DNA of 64,000 nucleotides from Candidatus Woesearchaeota archaeon (GTDB lineage Archaea > Nanobdellota > Nanobdellia > Woesearchaeales > JAZDKJ01): NCBI GenBank assembly GCA_043803105.1, contig JAZDKJ010000012.1, forward strand, positions 23,337 to 87,336, in the 5' to 3' direction. The translations under genes and the position numbers were made by a program. A model generated the notes under the pieces. It ran no database searches and was not told the origin of the DNA. It saw nothing but the letters and a program-made list of their open reading frames with translations. Within the stretch, counting starts at the first letter, position 1. Every line of letters starts with the position of its first letter. Positions 53,931 through 63,553 of this stretch are shown piece after piece.

Positions 53931-54473
53931 ATGGAAATCGTTTTGAAACCGAATGTCACGAAAATATTGGTGTGGAGTATAATGAAAACCTTGAGCGGAA
54001 CAATTGTGATTGTTGGTCTGGTTGCCTTAGTTGTCTACATGGGAGGCTTTGGTTTCCCTGCAGCAATAGAATACCTAAGCTCCAGCATTGGACTCTCAAA
54101 GCTAGTTCAAGGTCTAGTGCTTGCATTCTCATTGGTTACCATTTTGATTATTGCGCTTACCTTTCTTGGTCTTCCAACCAGGAAGGTTATTGCTTCTGAT
54201 GTTAAGCTCAAGGCTGACAATCGTGACGTGCCTTACGATAATGTGGCAAGGATCAACTTTGACAGGACGAATCTTCTTGATCAGCTTCTTGGCACAGGAC
54301 GCGTGGTTTTTGAATTGACAGGCTTTGACAGGCAGAAGATTGAGGTTGGTTTTGTTGACAATCCAAAGGACCTTACCATAAAGATTCAGCAGTTGTTGAA
54401 CATTTTCAAGATGAGAAAGTTTGCCCAGTTTGCAGACCAGCAAAGGATTGAGAGGATAGTGCAAGACTTTTAA
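53931..54473 (+). CDS. membrane protein (bacterial PH-domain/YdbS-like), apparently inserted between tRNA-Leu and L18e
   Basis: Two N-terminal TM helices then soluble domain; start moved to ATG 53931. Confidence 0.45.
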   Translation: MEIVLKPNVTKILVWSIMKTLSGTIVIVGLVALVVYMGGFGFPAAIEYLSSSIGLSKLVQGLVLAFSLVTILIIALTFLGLPTRKVIASDVKLKADNRDVPYDNVARINFDRTNLLDQLLGTGRVVFELTGFDRQKIEVGFVDNPKDLTIKIQQLLNIFKMRKFAQFADQQRIERIVQDF

Positions 54474-54474
54474 C

Positions 54475-54837
54475 ATGAAACGTACCGGACCTTCAAACCC
54501 TGAACTGCAGAAGCTTATCATAGACTTGAGAAGGATTTCCCACAAGGAGAATTCTGATATATGGACTAGGATTGCCTCTGACCTTCAGAAGTCCACAAGG
54601 TCAAGGCGTGTTGTAAATCTCTCCCGTATTAACCGCTATTCATCTGACAATGATACTGTCATTGTTCCTGGCAAGGTGCTTTCTTCAGGCAGCTTAAGCC
54701 ACAAAGTGCATGTTGCAGCCTTTTCTTTTTCAGCCGCAGCCCGCGAGTCCATATTGTCTAGCAAGGGCTCTGCCTTGTCTATCCAGGAACTGATCAAGCA
54801 GAATCCCAAGGGCAAGAATGTGAGGATTATAGGATGA
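54475..54837 (+). CDS. rpl18e: 50S ribosomal protein L18e (eL18)
   Basis: MKRTGPSNPELQKLIIDLRRISHKENSDIWTRIASDLQKSTRSRRVVNLSRINRY. Confidence 0.8.
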   Translation: MKRTGPSNPELQKLIIDLRRISHKENSDIWTRIASDLQKSTRSRRVVNLSRINRYSSDNDTVIVPGKVLSSGSLSHKVHVAAFSFSAAARESILSSKGSALSIQELIKQNPKGKNVRIIG

Positions 54838-55247
54838 AGATCGACGCAGAAAATCTCTTGCTGGGAAGGTTTGCCGCACGTGCTGCAAAGTCTGCCTTGC
54901 TCGGAGAGGATGTGCAGATAATTAACTGCGACAAGGCAGTGGTGAGCGGCCGCAGGCTTTACGTGTTCCAGCAATACTTGAGGAGAAAAAGGATGGGAAC
55001 TCACAGGAAAGGCCCATTTTACTTCACAGCTCCTGACCGGTTTGTCAAGAGGACCATTAGGGGAATGCTACCTCATCGTCAGGAAAAAGGCAGGCTTGCC
55101 TTAAAGCGAATAATGTGCTATTCAGGCGTTCCAGTCTCTATGAAGAAGGAAGATTTTCATGCTGTTAAATCTGCCCACGTGGCTAAGCTTAACAGCACTA
55201 AGTTTGTGTCTGTCAGGCAGATATGCTCTGCCATGGGTGGAAAATGA
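54834..55247 (+). CDS. rpl13: 50S ribosomal protein L13 (uL13)
   Basis: MKIDAENLLLGRFAARAAKSALLGEDVQIINCDKAVVSG. Confidence 0.85.
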   Translation: MKIDAENLLLGRFAARAAKSALLGEDVQIINCDKAVVSGRRLYVFQQYLRRKRMGTHRKGPFYFTAPDRFVKRTIRGMLPHRQEKGRLALKRIMCYSGVPVSMKKEDFHAVKSAHVAKLNSTKFVSVRQICSAMGGK

Positions 55248-55639
55248 AGACTATTCATGTTTCAGGCAAAAGGAAGAGCGCAATCGCGCGCGCAACATTG
55301 AACGAAGGCAATGGCTCTGTCAGGGTCAACCACCTGATGGTTGATGTGTTCGAGCCTGAAGTCTGCAGGATGAAGCTCTTTGAGCCCTTGCTGCTTGCCG
55401 GCGACACTGTAAAGAAGGTCAATATTGATGTTGTTGTCTTTGGTGGAGGCATGACAAGTCAGGCTGAGGCAGCGCGCCTTGCCATTGCCCGTGCACTGTC
55501 AGCTTATGACAAGAAGTTAGAGGATGTGTTCTCGAAATATGACAGGCATCTTCTGGTTGCTGATGTCAGGAGAAAGGAGACCCACAAGCCTAATCGTCAT
55601 GGCAAGGCTCGTGCAAAGACCCAGAAGTCTTACCGTTAA
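55244..55639 (+). CDS. rps9: 30S ribosomal protein S9 (uS9)
   Basis: MKTIHVSGKRKSAIARA...RRKETHKPNRHGKARAKTQKSYR; ATGA overlap with L13. Confidence 0.85.
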   Translation: MKTIHVSGKRKSAIARATLNEGNGSVRVNHLMVDVFEPEVCRMKLFEPLLLAGDTVKKVNIDVVVFGGGMTSQAEAARLAIARALSAYDKKLEDVFSKYDRHLLVADVRRKETHKPNRHGKARAKTQKSYR

Positions 55640-55660
55640 TCAATAACTATAAAAACACAG

Positions 55661-57019
55661 ATGCCTCTTGTGCCTCTGATGAAGGTAAGCGATTTAACAA
55701 CTAATCCTAGGAAGGCCCTGTTGATTCTTAGCTGGCCAATTGTTGTCAGTATGCTTATCCAGGTTATGTACAACATTGTTGATACTGCTTTTGTTGGCCG
55801 CCTTGGTTCTGATGCAATCGCTGCCTTGACATTTGCCTTTCCTCTTTTCATACTGATGGTTGCCATTACCTCAGGTCTTGGTGCTGGCTACAATGCATTG
55901 ATTTCTCGCTTTGTAGGCTCAAAGAAAGTCAAGAGCGCTCAGAATGCTGCTTTGCATGCATTGCTTATTTCTATTGTAGCTTCCATCATTTTCGCTTTCT
56001 TAGGCCTTATTTTTTTGCGGCCGTTGTTCATGTTTTTTGGTGCAAAGGGTAATGTTCTCGAGCTAGGTATTGCCTTTATGAGCATCATATTTGCTTTTAG
56101 CCCGCTGATGTTTGTTTCCTACGCGATTACATCTTTTTTCACTGCTGTCGGTGATACAAAGACCTCCATGAAGATTCAGGTCACCTCCCTTGTTGTAAAT
56201 ATTATCCTTGACCCAATTCTTATCTTTGGCCTTCACCTTGGTGTCAGGGGTGCAGCCCTTGCCACAGCTGCAGCTTACCTGGTGTCTCTGGGCCTTGGGA
56301 TCTATTTTTCCTACTGCAAGTCCTGCAAGGAAAAGAATCTTGTGAGGCTACGCGTTGCCAGCTGGAGTTTCTCCCCATCAATTCTGAAAAGTATTTTTAT
56401 TGTCGGCTTTCCCGCCACGCTGATGAACTTTATCCTTTCTGTCTATGTTGTCATTATCAACATGTTCATGTCGCATTTTGGCACTGATTATGTTGCAGCC
56501 TTTGGTCTTGGCTCAAGGCTTGAGAGTCTTGCTGTTCTTCCATTTGTTGGTGTCAGTTTTTCCATGCTTACACTTGTTGCAATGTTTATTGGTGCTAAGA
56601 AGCATAAGGAGCTCAAGAATTTTGTGTGGTATGGGATTCGCATCTCAGTGATTCTTTCTTCTGCGATAGGTGTTGTCTTCTTTTTTTTATCTGGCTTCTT
56701 TTTCAGGATTTTTACCTCTGATCCAGTGCTTATCTCCCTCTCCACTGCTTACATGCGAATTGACGTCCTGACCTTTCCACTCATGGCCATTGGCTTCACA
56801 GTTGCTAGGATTATTCAGGCTATGGGTGACGGTTTTGCAGGCTTGGTTGTAACCTTGACCCGGGTCTTGTTTGTTTTTGTGCCCGTTTCCTACTTTTTTG
56901 TTTTTGTGCTAGGTTATGGGTTCTTGAGCGTAGCCTTCTCTATGGTGATAGGAGGTATTGTCTCAAATATTGTTGGTCTTATTTGGTTAAGGAAGAAGAT
57001 GAAGGGTTTTGACCATTAG
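55661..57019 (+). CDS. MATE family efflux transporter
   Basis: 12 TM helices, 452 aa, MATE N-terminus ([29 protein letters not shown]). Confidence 0.75.
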   Translation: MPLVPLMKVSDLTTNPRKALLILSWPIVVSMLIQVMYNIVDTAFVGRLGSDAIAALTFAFPLFILMVAITSGLGAGYNALISRFVGSKKVKSAQNAALHALLISIVASIIFAFLGLIFLRPLFMFFGAKGNVLELGIAFMSIIFAFSPLMFVSYAITSFFTAVGDTKTSMKIQVTSLVVNIILDPILIFGLHLGVRGAALATAAAYLVSLGLGIYFSYCKSCKEKNLVRLRVASWSFSPSILKSIFIVGFPATLMNFILSVYVVIINMFMSHFGTDYVAAFGLGSRLESLAVLPFVGVSFSMLTLVAMFIGAKKHKELKNFVWYGIRISVILSSAIGVVFFFLSGFFFRIFTSDPVLISLSTAYMRIDVLTFPLMAIGFTVARIIQAMGDGFAGLVVTLTRVLFVFVPVSYFFVFVLGYGFLSVAFSMVIGGIVSNIVGLIWLRKKMKGFDH

Positions 57020-57770
57020 CCTTGTAAGCTATGAGGAACCAGTCCCACATCTTGTTCTCTCCTGGAAAGTCGTCGTGGCTGCTTATCTCCTGTCCCCATG
57101 GGTAAAGCACCTTTCGAAATTTTATTTTCGAGAATCCTGCTTTTTTCAATAGATAAATCAATTCGAACTTGTAGAAGTATTTTTGCTCTTGGTTTGGCTC
57201 TTCAGCGTAGATGCCTCTTATGAAGTCATATTTTTGCTCCTCAAATATCTCTCCAGTTTTTTTTCGTGCAGCCTTCTCCCCCATGCTTCCTAGTTCCCTG
57301 TTCATTATGAGCATTGACAGGTATATGAGTGACTCCATTGACGGGAATATTGCCACAAGGTAGCCTCCTTTTTTTAGTGAGTTGTACACCTGTGCAAGCA
57401 TTTGTCTTACGTCGCTCACTGATGGCCCGAGTATTGAGTTGATTGCAACAACCACATCAAACTGTTCCTCACACCCTGACAGGTTTTTCATATCCTTGCT
57501 TGCAAACACTATGTTCTCCTGCTGGTTGTTTTTCCTTGCTATCTCAAGCATCTTGCTCGAGAAATCTATTGCGTGCACCTGTTTGAAATTCTCTGACAAA
57601 AAGCCCAGTTGTTCTCCTGTCCCGCATCCAAGGTCTGCTATCACCTTGTTTTTTGTCTCAGGTATGCTGAGAAGAATGCCCTTTATCGGGTTCTTTACCC
57701 CTTCCTGGAATGGGCTTATGATCTCTTCATGGTATTTTGAAGCCACCTTGTCCCATTCTCTGCGAAGCAT
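56979..57770 (-). CDS. class I SAM-dependent methyltransferase
   Basis: [16 protein letters not shown] motif I; [10 protein letters not shown] motif. Confidence 0.7.
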   Translation of the reverse strand: MLRREWDKVASKYHEEIISPFQEGVKNPIKGILLSIPETKNKVIADLGCGTGEQLGFLSENFKQVHAIDFSSKMLEIARKNNQQENIVFASKDMKNLSGCEEQFDVVVAINSILGPSVSDVRQMLAQVYNSLKKGGYLVAIFPSMESLIYLSMLIMNRELGSMGEKAARKKTGEIFEEQKYDFIRGIYAEEPNQEQKYFYKFELIYLLKKAGFSKIKFRKVLYPWGQEISSHDDFPGENKMWDWFLIAYKANGQNPSSSSLTK

Positions 57771-57875
57771 TATTGCAACTGAAACGGCATCATATAAATC
57801 TCTTTCCTTTAATTACTGTTGTTTTGTTGTGGACTCGTAACCTTTATAAACCCGCCACCAATCCTGTGCTCTGTA

Positions 57876-58073
57876 ATGATTATACCCATTAGATGCTGGA
57901 GTTGCGGTAAGCCTGTAGCACATCTTTGGGAGATCTACAAGGAGCGTGTCGCAAAGGGTGAGGAAAGAAAGAAGGTTCTTGATGATCTTGGCCTTGAGCG
58001 TTATTGCTGCAGGGCAACCTTCCTTGGCCAGATTGACTTGATTGATACTGCAGCCCAGTTCAAGAAGTTTTGA
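57876..58073 (+). CDS. rpoN: DNA-directed RNA polymerase subunit N (Rpo10)
   Basis: MIIPIRCWSCGKPVAHLWEIY...YCCRATFLGQIDL with CxxC and CC zinc motifs; 65 aa from internal ATG. Confidence 0.8.
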   Translation: MIIPIRCWSCGKPVAHLWEIYKERVAKGEERKKVLDDLGLERYCCRATFLGQIDLIDTAAQFKKF

Positions 58074-58282
58074 AAATGAGCAATCACGTTTTTATCAGGG
58101 ATTTTCAGAGGGGTGGCTCAAGAAGCGAGCACACTCCAAGAGGAAGGGCATCCAGGCCAAAGACTTTCAAGACTGAGGATGCAGCAAATAAGTGGGCAGA
58201 GCAAAAAGGCTTGAAGAATTTTACACTTGTTAACCTAAAGAATGAGGAATCCTCAACCAAGGAGATCAAGGTTGTTTCCTGA
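58070..58282 (+). CDS. small basic hypothetical protein (occupies the position where RpoK is usually found)
   Basis: ORF track; no match to RpoK. Confidence 0.3.
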   Translation: MKMSNHVFIRDFQRGGSRSEHTPRGRASRPKTFKTEDAANKWAEQKGLKNFTLVNLKNEESSTKEIKVVS

Positions 58283-58352
58283 TCATCTCTTTCTTCTCTA
58301 TAAATACTTTTGTAAGACAACTTTTAAAAATCCTTGTCAATTATCCTCTCTT

Positions 58353-60989
58353 ATGCCTGACTTTAACTCTATTGCCGCAAAGTGGCAGAGGAAATGGGAA
58401 GAATCAAAGGTCTTTCAGGTAAAGGAGGATCCAAAGAAAAAAAAGTACTATGTCTTGGAGATGTATCCTTATCCGAGCGCTTCAGGCCTTCATCTAGGCC
58501 ATTCACGGAACTACGTTATTGGTGATGTCTTTGCCCGTTTTAAGCGGATGAATGGTTTCAATGTTCTTTATCCGATGGGTTATGATAGTTTTGGCCTCCC
58601 TGCAGAGAATGCTGCAATAAATGCGAGGTCTCATCCAAAGGTCTTCACTGATACTGCCATAAAGAATTATATTCGCCAGCAGCACGAGCTCGGCTGTAGC
58701 TATGATTGGTCAAGGGTGCTTATGTCCCATGATCCTAATTATTATAAGTGGGACCAATGGATTTTTCTCAAGATGTTTGAGAAAGGTCTTGTCTACAAGA
58801 AAAAGTCTGCTGTGAACTGGTGCCCCAAGTGTAAGACTGTTTTGGCAAATGAGCAGGTTCATTCTGGAAAGTGTTGGCGCCATACTGATACTGATGTTGA
58901 GCTTAAGGACCTTGAGCAGTGGTTCATCAAGATAACCAATTATGCTGAGGAGCTCTTGAATGATATTGACAAACTTACTGAATGGCCCGAGGATGTCAAG
59001 ATCATGCAGCGAAACTGGATAGGAAAGAGCATGGGCACTCTGATTGATTTCAAGATTGAAAGTTCTGACAAAGTGCTCACTGTTTTTACCACCCGGCCAG
59101 ATACCCTATTTGGTATCACCTATCTTGTCTATGCCCCAGAGCATCCTGATGTTTTGGATCTTGTCAAGGGAACCAAGCTTGAAGAGCCTGTCAAAAAATT
59201 CATCAAGAAGGTTGTTCAGGAAGACAGATTTACTCGTACTGCTGAGGACAAGGAAAAGGAAGGACTATTCATCGGAAGATACGCAATCCATCCTGTCACA
59301 AATGATAAGATTCCCATATACATTGCAAACTTTGTGCTTTATGAATATGGCACTGGAGCGATTATCGCAGTTCCCGCTCATGACCAACGCGACTTTGATT
59401 TTGCCAAGAAGTTCAAGATTCCAATAAAAGTTGTGATAAATCCTCCTGATTTTGATTTATCTGTAGATAAGATGTCTCGTGCATATGTTAGCGATGGTAC
59501 AATGGTCAATTCTGGTGATTTCAACGGTACGAATAACCGTGATGCGATCGGGGAAATTACCCTTTTCCTGGAAAAGATTGGTCATGGCAGAAAGACTGTC
59601 CAGTATAAATTGCGTGACTGGCTCATTTCAAGGCAACGGTTCTGGGGTTGTCCTATACCTCTCATTTATTGCGACAAGCATGGTGTTGTGCCTGTGCCTG
59701 AAAAGGACTTGCCTGTGATTTTACCTGAGGATTTCAAATTTACCATTGGTGAAGGAAATCCCCTTGAGCACTGCGAGGAGTTCGTGCACACAAAATGCCC
59801 GAAGTGCGGTTCTCCTGCCCAGCGCGAAACAGATACCATGGACACTTTCATGGACTCTTCCTGGTATTTCCTTCGCTTTTGTGACCCTCATAGTGATAAG
59901 TTGCCATTTGACCCAAAAAAGTCTGCCTACTGGATGCCTATTGATGCCTATATTGGCGGTAGGGAGCATGCCACTATGCACCTAATCTACTTTAGGTTTG
60001 TTACAAAGTTCTTGCGTGATATAGGCTTGTGTAGCTTTGACGAGCCTGCCAAGAGGCTTTTCAATCAGGGCATGCTCCATAAGGGAGGCTCTGTCATGAG
60101 CAAGAGTAAGGGCAATGTTGTGACTCAGGAGGAGATTGCCAAGAGGTTTGGCATCGATACTGCAAGGTTTTTCATGATGTTTGTTGCCTCGCCAGATAAG
60201 GACATGGAGTGGGACGACAAGGGTGTTGAAGGCTCCTTCCGCTTTTTGAACAAGCTTTATTTCCTTGTTGCAGAAAAAGCTTCCGTGCCTGATGCTTTTA
60301 AAAACCAGGAAAGCACGCTTCACAAGACCATAAAGGACGTGACTTATTGTATCGAAAATTTCAGGTACAACCAAGCTCTCATCGCACTGATGCAATTGAC
60401 TAATTATCTTGCGTCGCAAGAAAAGGTAAGTAAGAATGCCTTAGAAAAGCTTATCATAATGCTGTCTCCATTTGTGCCGCATATTTGCGAAGAGCTCTGG
60501 GAGCATTTGGGCAATAAGCCTTTTGTCTCGCTCGAAAAGTGGCCTTCCTATGATGAGTCCAAGATTGACCTTGAATTAGAGGCTCAAGAGTCCATGGTTG
60601 AGCAGACTGTCAAGGATGTGTTGGCTGTTCTTGAGCTTGCAAAGATTTCTGAGCCGAAAAGCATCACTCTTTTTGTTGCAGAGAAGTGGAAGTTCGATTT
60701 TTTCAAGAGGTTAAAGTCCGAGCTGGAAAAGACCCATGATGTAAGTGCCTTGATAAAGGCAGTCATGGACAAGTCTCATTCCAAGGAGATAAGTCAGCTT
60801 GTTCCTCGCATTGTCAAGGATTTGGGCAAGATGCCTGCCTTGGTCCTTGATCAGAAAACTGAGATTTATGCGCTCGCAGGATTAGAATCCAGGTTTAAGG
60901 CTCCTGTACAGGTTGTTGCAGCAGACAACTCAACAGAGAATAAGGCGCGTCAGGCATTGCCTGGAAAGCCCGCAATTATTGTTCATTAG
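58353..60989 (+). CDS. leuS: leucyl-tRNA synthetase, bacterial-type
   Basis: HLGHSRNYVIGDVFARFKRMNGFNVLYPMGYDSFGLPAENAA (HIGH region with bacterial-style GLPAE), VMSKSKGN (KMSKS); start moved to ATG 58353. Confidence 0.9.
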   Translation: MPDFNSIAAKWQRKWEESKVFQVKEDPKKKKYYVLEMYPYPSASGLHLGHSRNYVIGDVFARFKRMNGFNVLYPMGYDSFGLPAENAAINARSHPKVFTDTAIKNYIRQQHELGCSYDWSRVLMSHDPNYYKWDQWIFLKMFEKGLVYKKKSAVNWCPKCKTVLANEQVHSGKCWRHTDTDVELKDLEQWFIKITNYAEELLNDIDKLTEWPEDVKIMQRNWIGKSMGTLIDFKIESSDKVLTVFTTRPDTLFGITYLVYAPEHPDVLDLVKGTKLEEPVKKFIKKVVQEDRFTRTAEDKEKEGLFIGRYAIHPVTNDKIPIYIANFVLYEYGTGAIIAVPAHDQRDFDFAKKFKIPIKVVINPPDFDLSVDKMSRAYVSDGTMVNSGDFNGTNNRDAIGEITLFLEKIGHGRKTVQYKLRDWLISRQRFWGCPIPLIYCDKHGVVPVPEKDLPVILPEDFKFTIGEGNPLEHCEEFVHTKCPKCGSPAQRETDTMDTFMDSSWYFLRFCDPHSDKLPFDPKKSAYWMPIDAYIGGREHATMHLIYFRFVTKFLRDIGLCSFDEPAKRLFNQGMLHKGGSVMSKSKGNVVTQEEIAKRFGIDTARFFMMFVASPDKDMEWDDKGVEGSFRFLNKLYFLVAEKASVPDAFKNQESTLHKTIKDVTYCIENFRYNQALIALMQLTNYLASQEKVSKNALEKLIIMLSPFVPHICEELWEHLGNKPFVSLEKWPSYDESKIDLELEAQESMVEQTVKDVLAVLELAKISEPKSITLFVAEKWKFDFFKRLKSELEKTHDVSALIKAVMDKSHSKEISQLVPRIVKDLGKMPALVLDQKTEIYALAGLESRFKAPVQVVAADNSTENKARQALPGKPAIIVH

Positions 60990-61380
60990 TTGAGTGTTCT
61001 TTGTTGCTCTTTTCTACTACCACCACTTTTCCCTTGTAGTCCACGAATATTATGTTGTCCCCTTCTGTTATCTGTTCCAAGAGCATTGGTTCGCACTCAG
61101 CATCCAGCATCTCATACGTATGTGAGTCCATTATCTGCACTCTGTCCTGCAATTTTGCTATCACTGATGCAACTTTTTTTCTTGCCTCGACTATCTCTAC
61201 CTTGTCGTTATGAGCTAACGTTATGATTTTTTCTCCTCCGCCAAAGAGAGGTTTCACAAAGAATTTCATTTTTGTGTGCGAGTGCGTGCCTACAGCAACT
61301 AATTCTTTTCTTACCACTTTGAGTGTCTCTCCCTTGTACTCGAATGTGCTTCCCCTATCAAGGTCTGATGCTGATGCCAT
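60976..61380 (-). CDS. eif5a: translation initiation factor 5A (aIF-5A)
   Basis: GSTFEYKGETLKVVRKELVAVGTHSHTKMKF aligns to the hypusine loop (K-T-G-K-H-G-x-A-K) region; about 130 aa with C-terminal OB domain. Confidence 0.75.
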   Translation of the reverse strand: MASASDLDRGSTFEYKGETLKVVRKELVAVGTHSHTKMKFFVKPLFGGGEKIITLAHNDKVEIVEARKKVASVIAKLQDRVQIMDSHTYEMLDAECEPMLLEQITEGDNIIFVDYKGKVVVVEKSNKEHSTNEQ

Positions 61381-61457
61381 GCCTTTTGCCTTTTCTGGTC
61401 TGTATAAAAAGGTTTCTACATGGAATCTGTTATGCTCCAGAAATTGCGACCAGATGA

Positions 61458-61859
61458 TTAATCATACCTTTCAGGCCTGTACACATCGCTTCCCGGTTGG
61501 AATGGTATGAAGGACTTTGGACTGTTGTCCATGCAGGAAATCTGTTTCTTAATTATTTCTTTGATGTCATACATGATTGCCCTTGTTGCCTTATTAGCGT
61601 GTTCTCCTTTGGCTGCCACATAAATTTCACTCCTGCCATCGACTGCAAACATCATTCTGGTTGAAAGCTCTTCGTCGTGGACATGGGCGAGAAACCATGG
61701 ACCTACATACTCATAATCCCTTTTCTTGAAATTACCAGTTATCTCAGCAATAACGCACTTCAGCGCATCCTTCGGTAAATCAGTTACTAGCCAGCATATT
61801 GAAGATGGCTTACTTCCAACCTTTTGTATAAAAGCATTTTCGACTTCTGGTTCAAGCAT
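61458..61859 (-). CDS. hypothetical protein adjacent to aIF5A
   Basis: ORF track; no confident family. Confidence 0.4.
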   Translation of the reverse strand: MLEPEVENAFIQKVGSKPSSICWLVTDLPKDALKCVIAEITGNFKKRDYEYVGPWFLAHVHDEELSTRMMFAVDGRSEIYVAAKGEHANKATRAIMYDIKEIIKKQISCMDNSPKSFIPFQPGSDVYRPERYD

Positions 61860-61951
61860 TTCATGTCCCTCCGGTTTTTACAAAAATATTATATAGTTGA
61901 TATTAATACCTATTGTTATAAAAATAACAAACTGTTATTGAATCTGTTACC

Positions 61952-62599
61952 ATGGTTAACATCAGTCATCTTGTCCGGGAATTTGTTGACCGCCAGCCCC
62001 TCCTGCAGGAGGCAATTATTGAGGGCATAGTCAATTTTGGTGCTCTTGCAGACCAGCTCAAGCCCAGGATTGAGAAGGAACTTTCCAGGAAGGTTAAGCA
62101 TTCTGCTGTTGTAATGGCCCTGCACAGGTATTCTGAAACATTGAAAAAGCCCTTTCCCAAAAAGTTTGACTATCGCTCCGAGATTATCATCAAGACCGGA
62201 ATATGCGACCTAATCCTTGTGAAGAGCCCTGAGCTTTTTGAGCGCCTGAAAAAGGCTTATGACCTTGTTGACTATAACAAGGGTGATACCCTGAACATTG
62301 TCCTTGGCAATTATGAGGTCTCCCTTGTTGTGAGCGAGCGTATTCTGGCCAGCCTGACTTCTTTGTTGCGTGATGTCAAGGTTATAAGTATAGAGCATGA
62401 CCTTGTTTCCATTGCCTTGCGTTTCAACGAAAAGTTTGTTACAACCCCTGGTGTTATTGCCAACATCACAAGAAAACTTAGTTGGAACAATGTGAATATT
62501 GTTGAGATTGTCTCTACGATGACTGAGCTAAGCGTAATAATTCATGAGAGAAATCTTACCCGCGCCTATAAAGTCCTCCAGGAATTAATAAGTGGGTAG
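61952..62599 (+). CDS. ACT-domain-containing putative regulatory protein
   Basis: Two beta-alpha-beta-beta-alpha-beta-like segments (IVLGNYEVSLVVSE; IVEIVSTMTELSVIIHE); weak. Confidence 0.4.
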   Translation: MVNISHLVREFVDRQPLLQEAIIEGIVNFGALADQLKPRIEKELSRKVKHSAVVMALHRYSETLKKPFPKKFDYRSEIIIKTGICDLILVKSPELFERLKKAYDLVDYNKGDTLNIVLGNYEVSLVVSERILASLTSLLRDVKVISIEHDLVSIALRFNEKFVTTPGVIANITRKLSWNNVNIVEIVSTMTELSVIIHERNLTRAYKVLQELISG

Positions 62600-62872
62600 G
62601 CATGCCCAAGAGTGGTTAGTTGCCTTATGCAAAAGTTTCCTTGATGCCTCCTCTGTTCCGCTACCCTTCAAGCACCAGTGTTAAAGGTTAAGGCTGCTAT
62701 GTTCCCATCCTGACCTAGTTCCCTAGATCACCAGCCCTGCAGGACAGAACATCACTGTCCGCGCCAAGACTCCTGCATATGACAGCTATCGCTTCCAAGG
62801 CTTCGGCCCCGCCATGAAGCCCGTGTGCGGTGACAGGAAAGGGCTAACTTCCCAGCCTAGCCTACCCATGGC
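62592..62872 (-). ncRNA. ffs: signal recognition particle RNA (7S/SRP RNA)
   Basis: On the minus strand: CUAGGUCAGGAUG-GGAA-CAUAGCAGCCUUAACC reproduces the helix-8 signature (GGUCAGG ... GNRA tetraloop ... AGCAGCC); closing terminal helix GGGUAGGC/GCCUACCC; 300-nt ORF-free GC-rich intergenic region. Confidence 0.55.
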
Positions 62873-62902
62873 AAAAGATGCTACTTTTGCTTTTAAAAGT
62901 TA

Positions 62903-63466
62903 CTATTCAACCTGCTTTAGAAGTGAGTTTATCTGTTCTAGTGGCAGCCCCATGATATTTGTGTAAGAGCCTTCTACTGACTCAACAAAGCTTGAAAAGT
63001 TTGGGTCAGAGATATTGTACGCTCCAGCCTTTCCTTCGTAACTTCCTGCACTGATATATTCCGTTAATATTTCTTTGCTTACCCTGTTAAGTTTGACTCT
63101 GGAGACTTCATAAGACTTTGCTGTCTTGCCAGACTTTGTGTTGATAAGGTATAGTCCTGTGTGCACTTCATGCACCTCTCCAAGCAGGCTTTTTATCATC
63201 TTTTCTGCTTCCTCTGCATCTTTTGGCTGCCCTATTATCTTTTCTTTGAAGTATACTGCAGTGTCTGCAGCGATTATTACACTGTCTTTATGCTTTGCCG
63301 CTGCTTTCTCTGCCTTTCCCCTAGCTATTTGCATCACAAGCCTCTTGACATCGTGCTCTCTAATCTCGCTCTCCTCAAAATTGCTTGCATCAACAATGAA
63401 CTCGTATCCAAGTCTCTCAAGTATCTCTTTCCTTCTCGGTGATTTTGATGCTAAAACAAGTTTCAT
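62903..63466 (-). CDS. maf: Maf-like nucleoside triphosphate pyrophosphatase
   Basis: MKLVLASKSPRRKEILERLGYEFIV N-terminus and overall Maf pattern. Confidence 0.8.
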   Translation of the reverse strand: MKLVLASKSPRRKEILERLGYEFIVDASNFEESEIREHDVKRLVMQIARGKAEKAAAKHKDSVIIAADTAVYFKEKIIGQPKDAEEAEKMIKSLLGEVHEVHTGLYLINTKSGKTAKSYEVSRVKLNRVSKEILTEYISAGSYEGKAGAYNISDPNFSSFVESVEGSYTNIMGLPLEQINSLLKQVE

Positions 63467-63553
63467 GAAGCATTTGTGGCTTGCTTGGCATTTAATAGGT
63501 TTTCTGTTAATCGCATCGAAACCTTTATTAAATCAGTAGTCTATTGGTCCATT

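Noticed and set aside
61458-61859. Pyruvoyl-dependent arginine decarboxylase or Hjc resolvase assignment for the protein next to aIF5A
   Set aside because: I attempted to align it to the PdaD (self-cleavage Ser-Ser region) and Hjc (ERELV, catalytic D/E/K) motifs and could not find them, so it is left as hypothetical.
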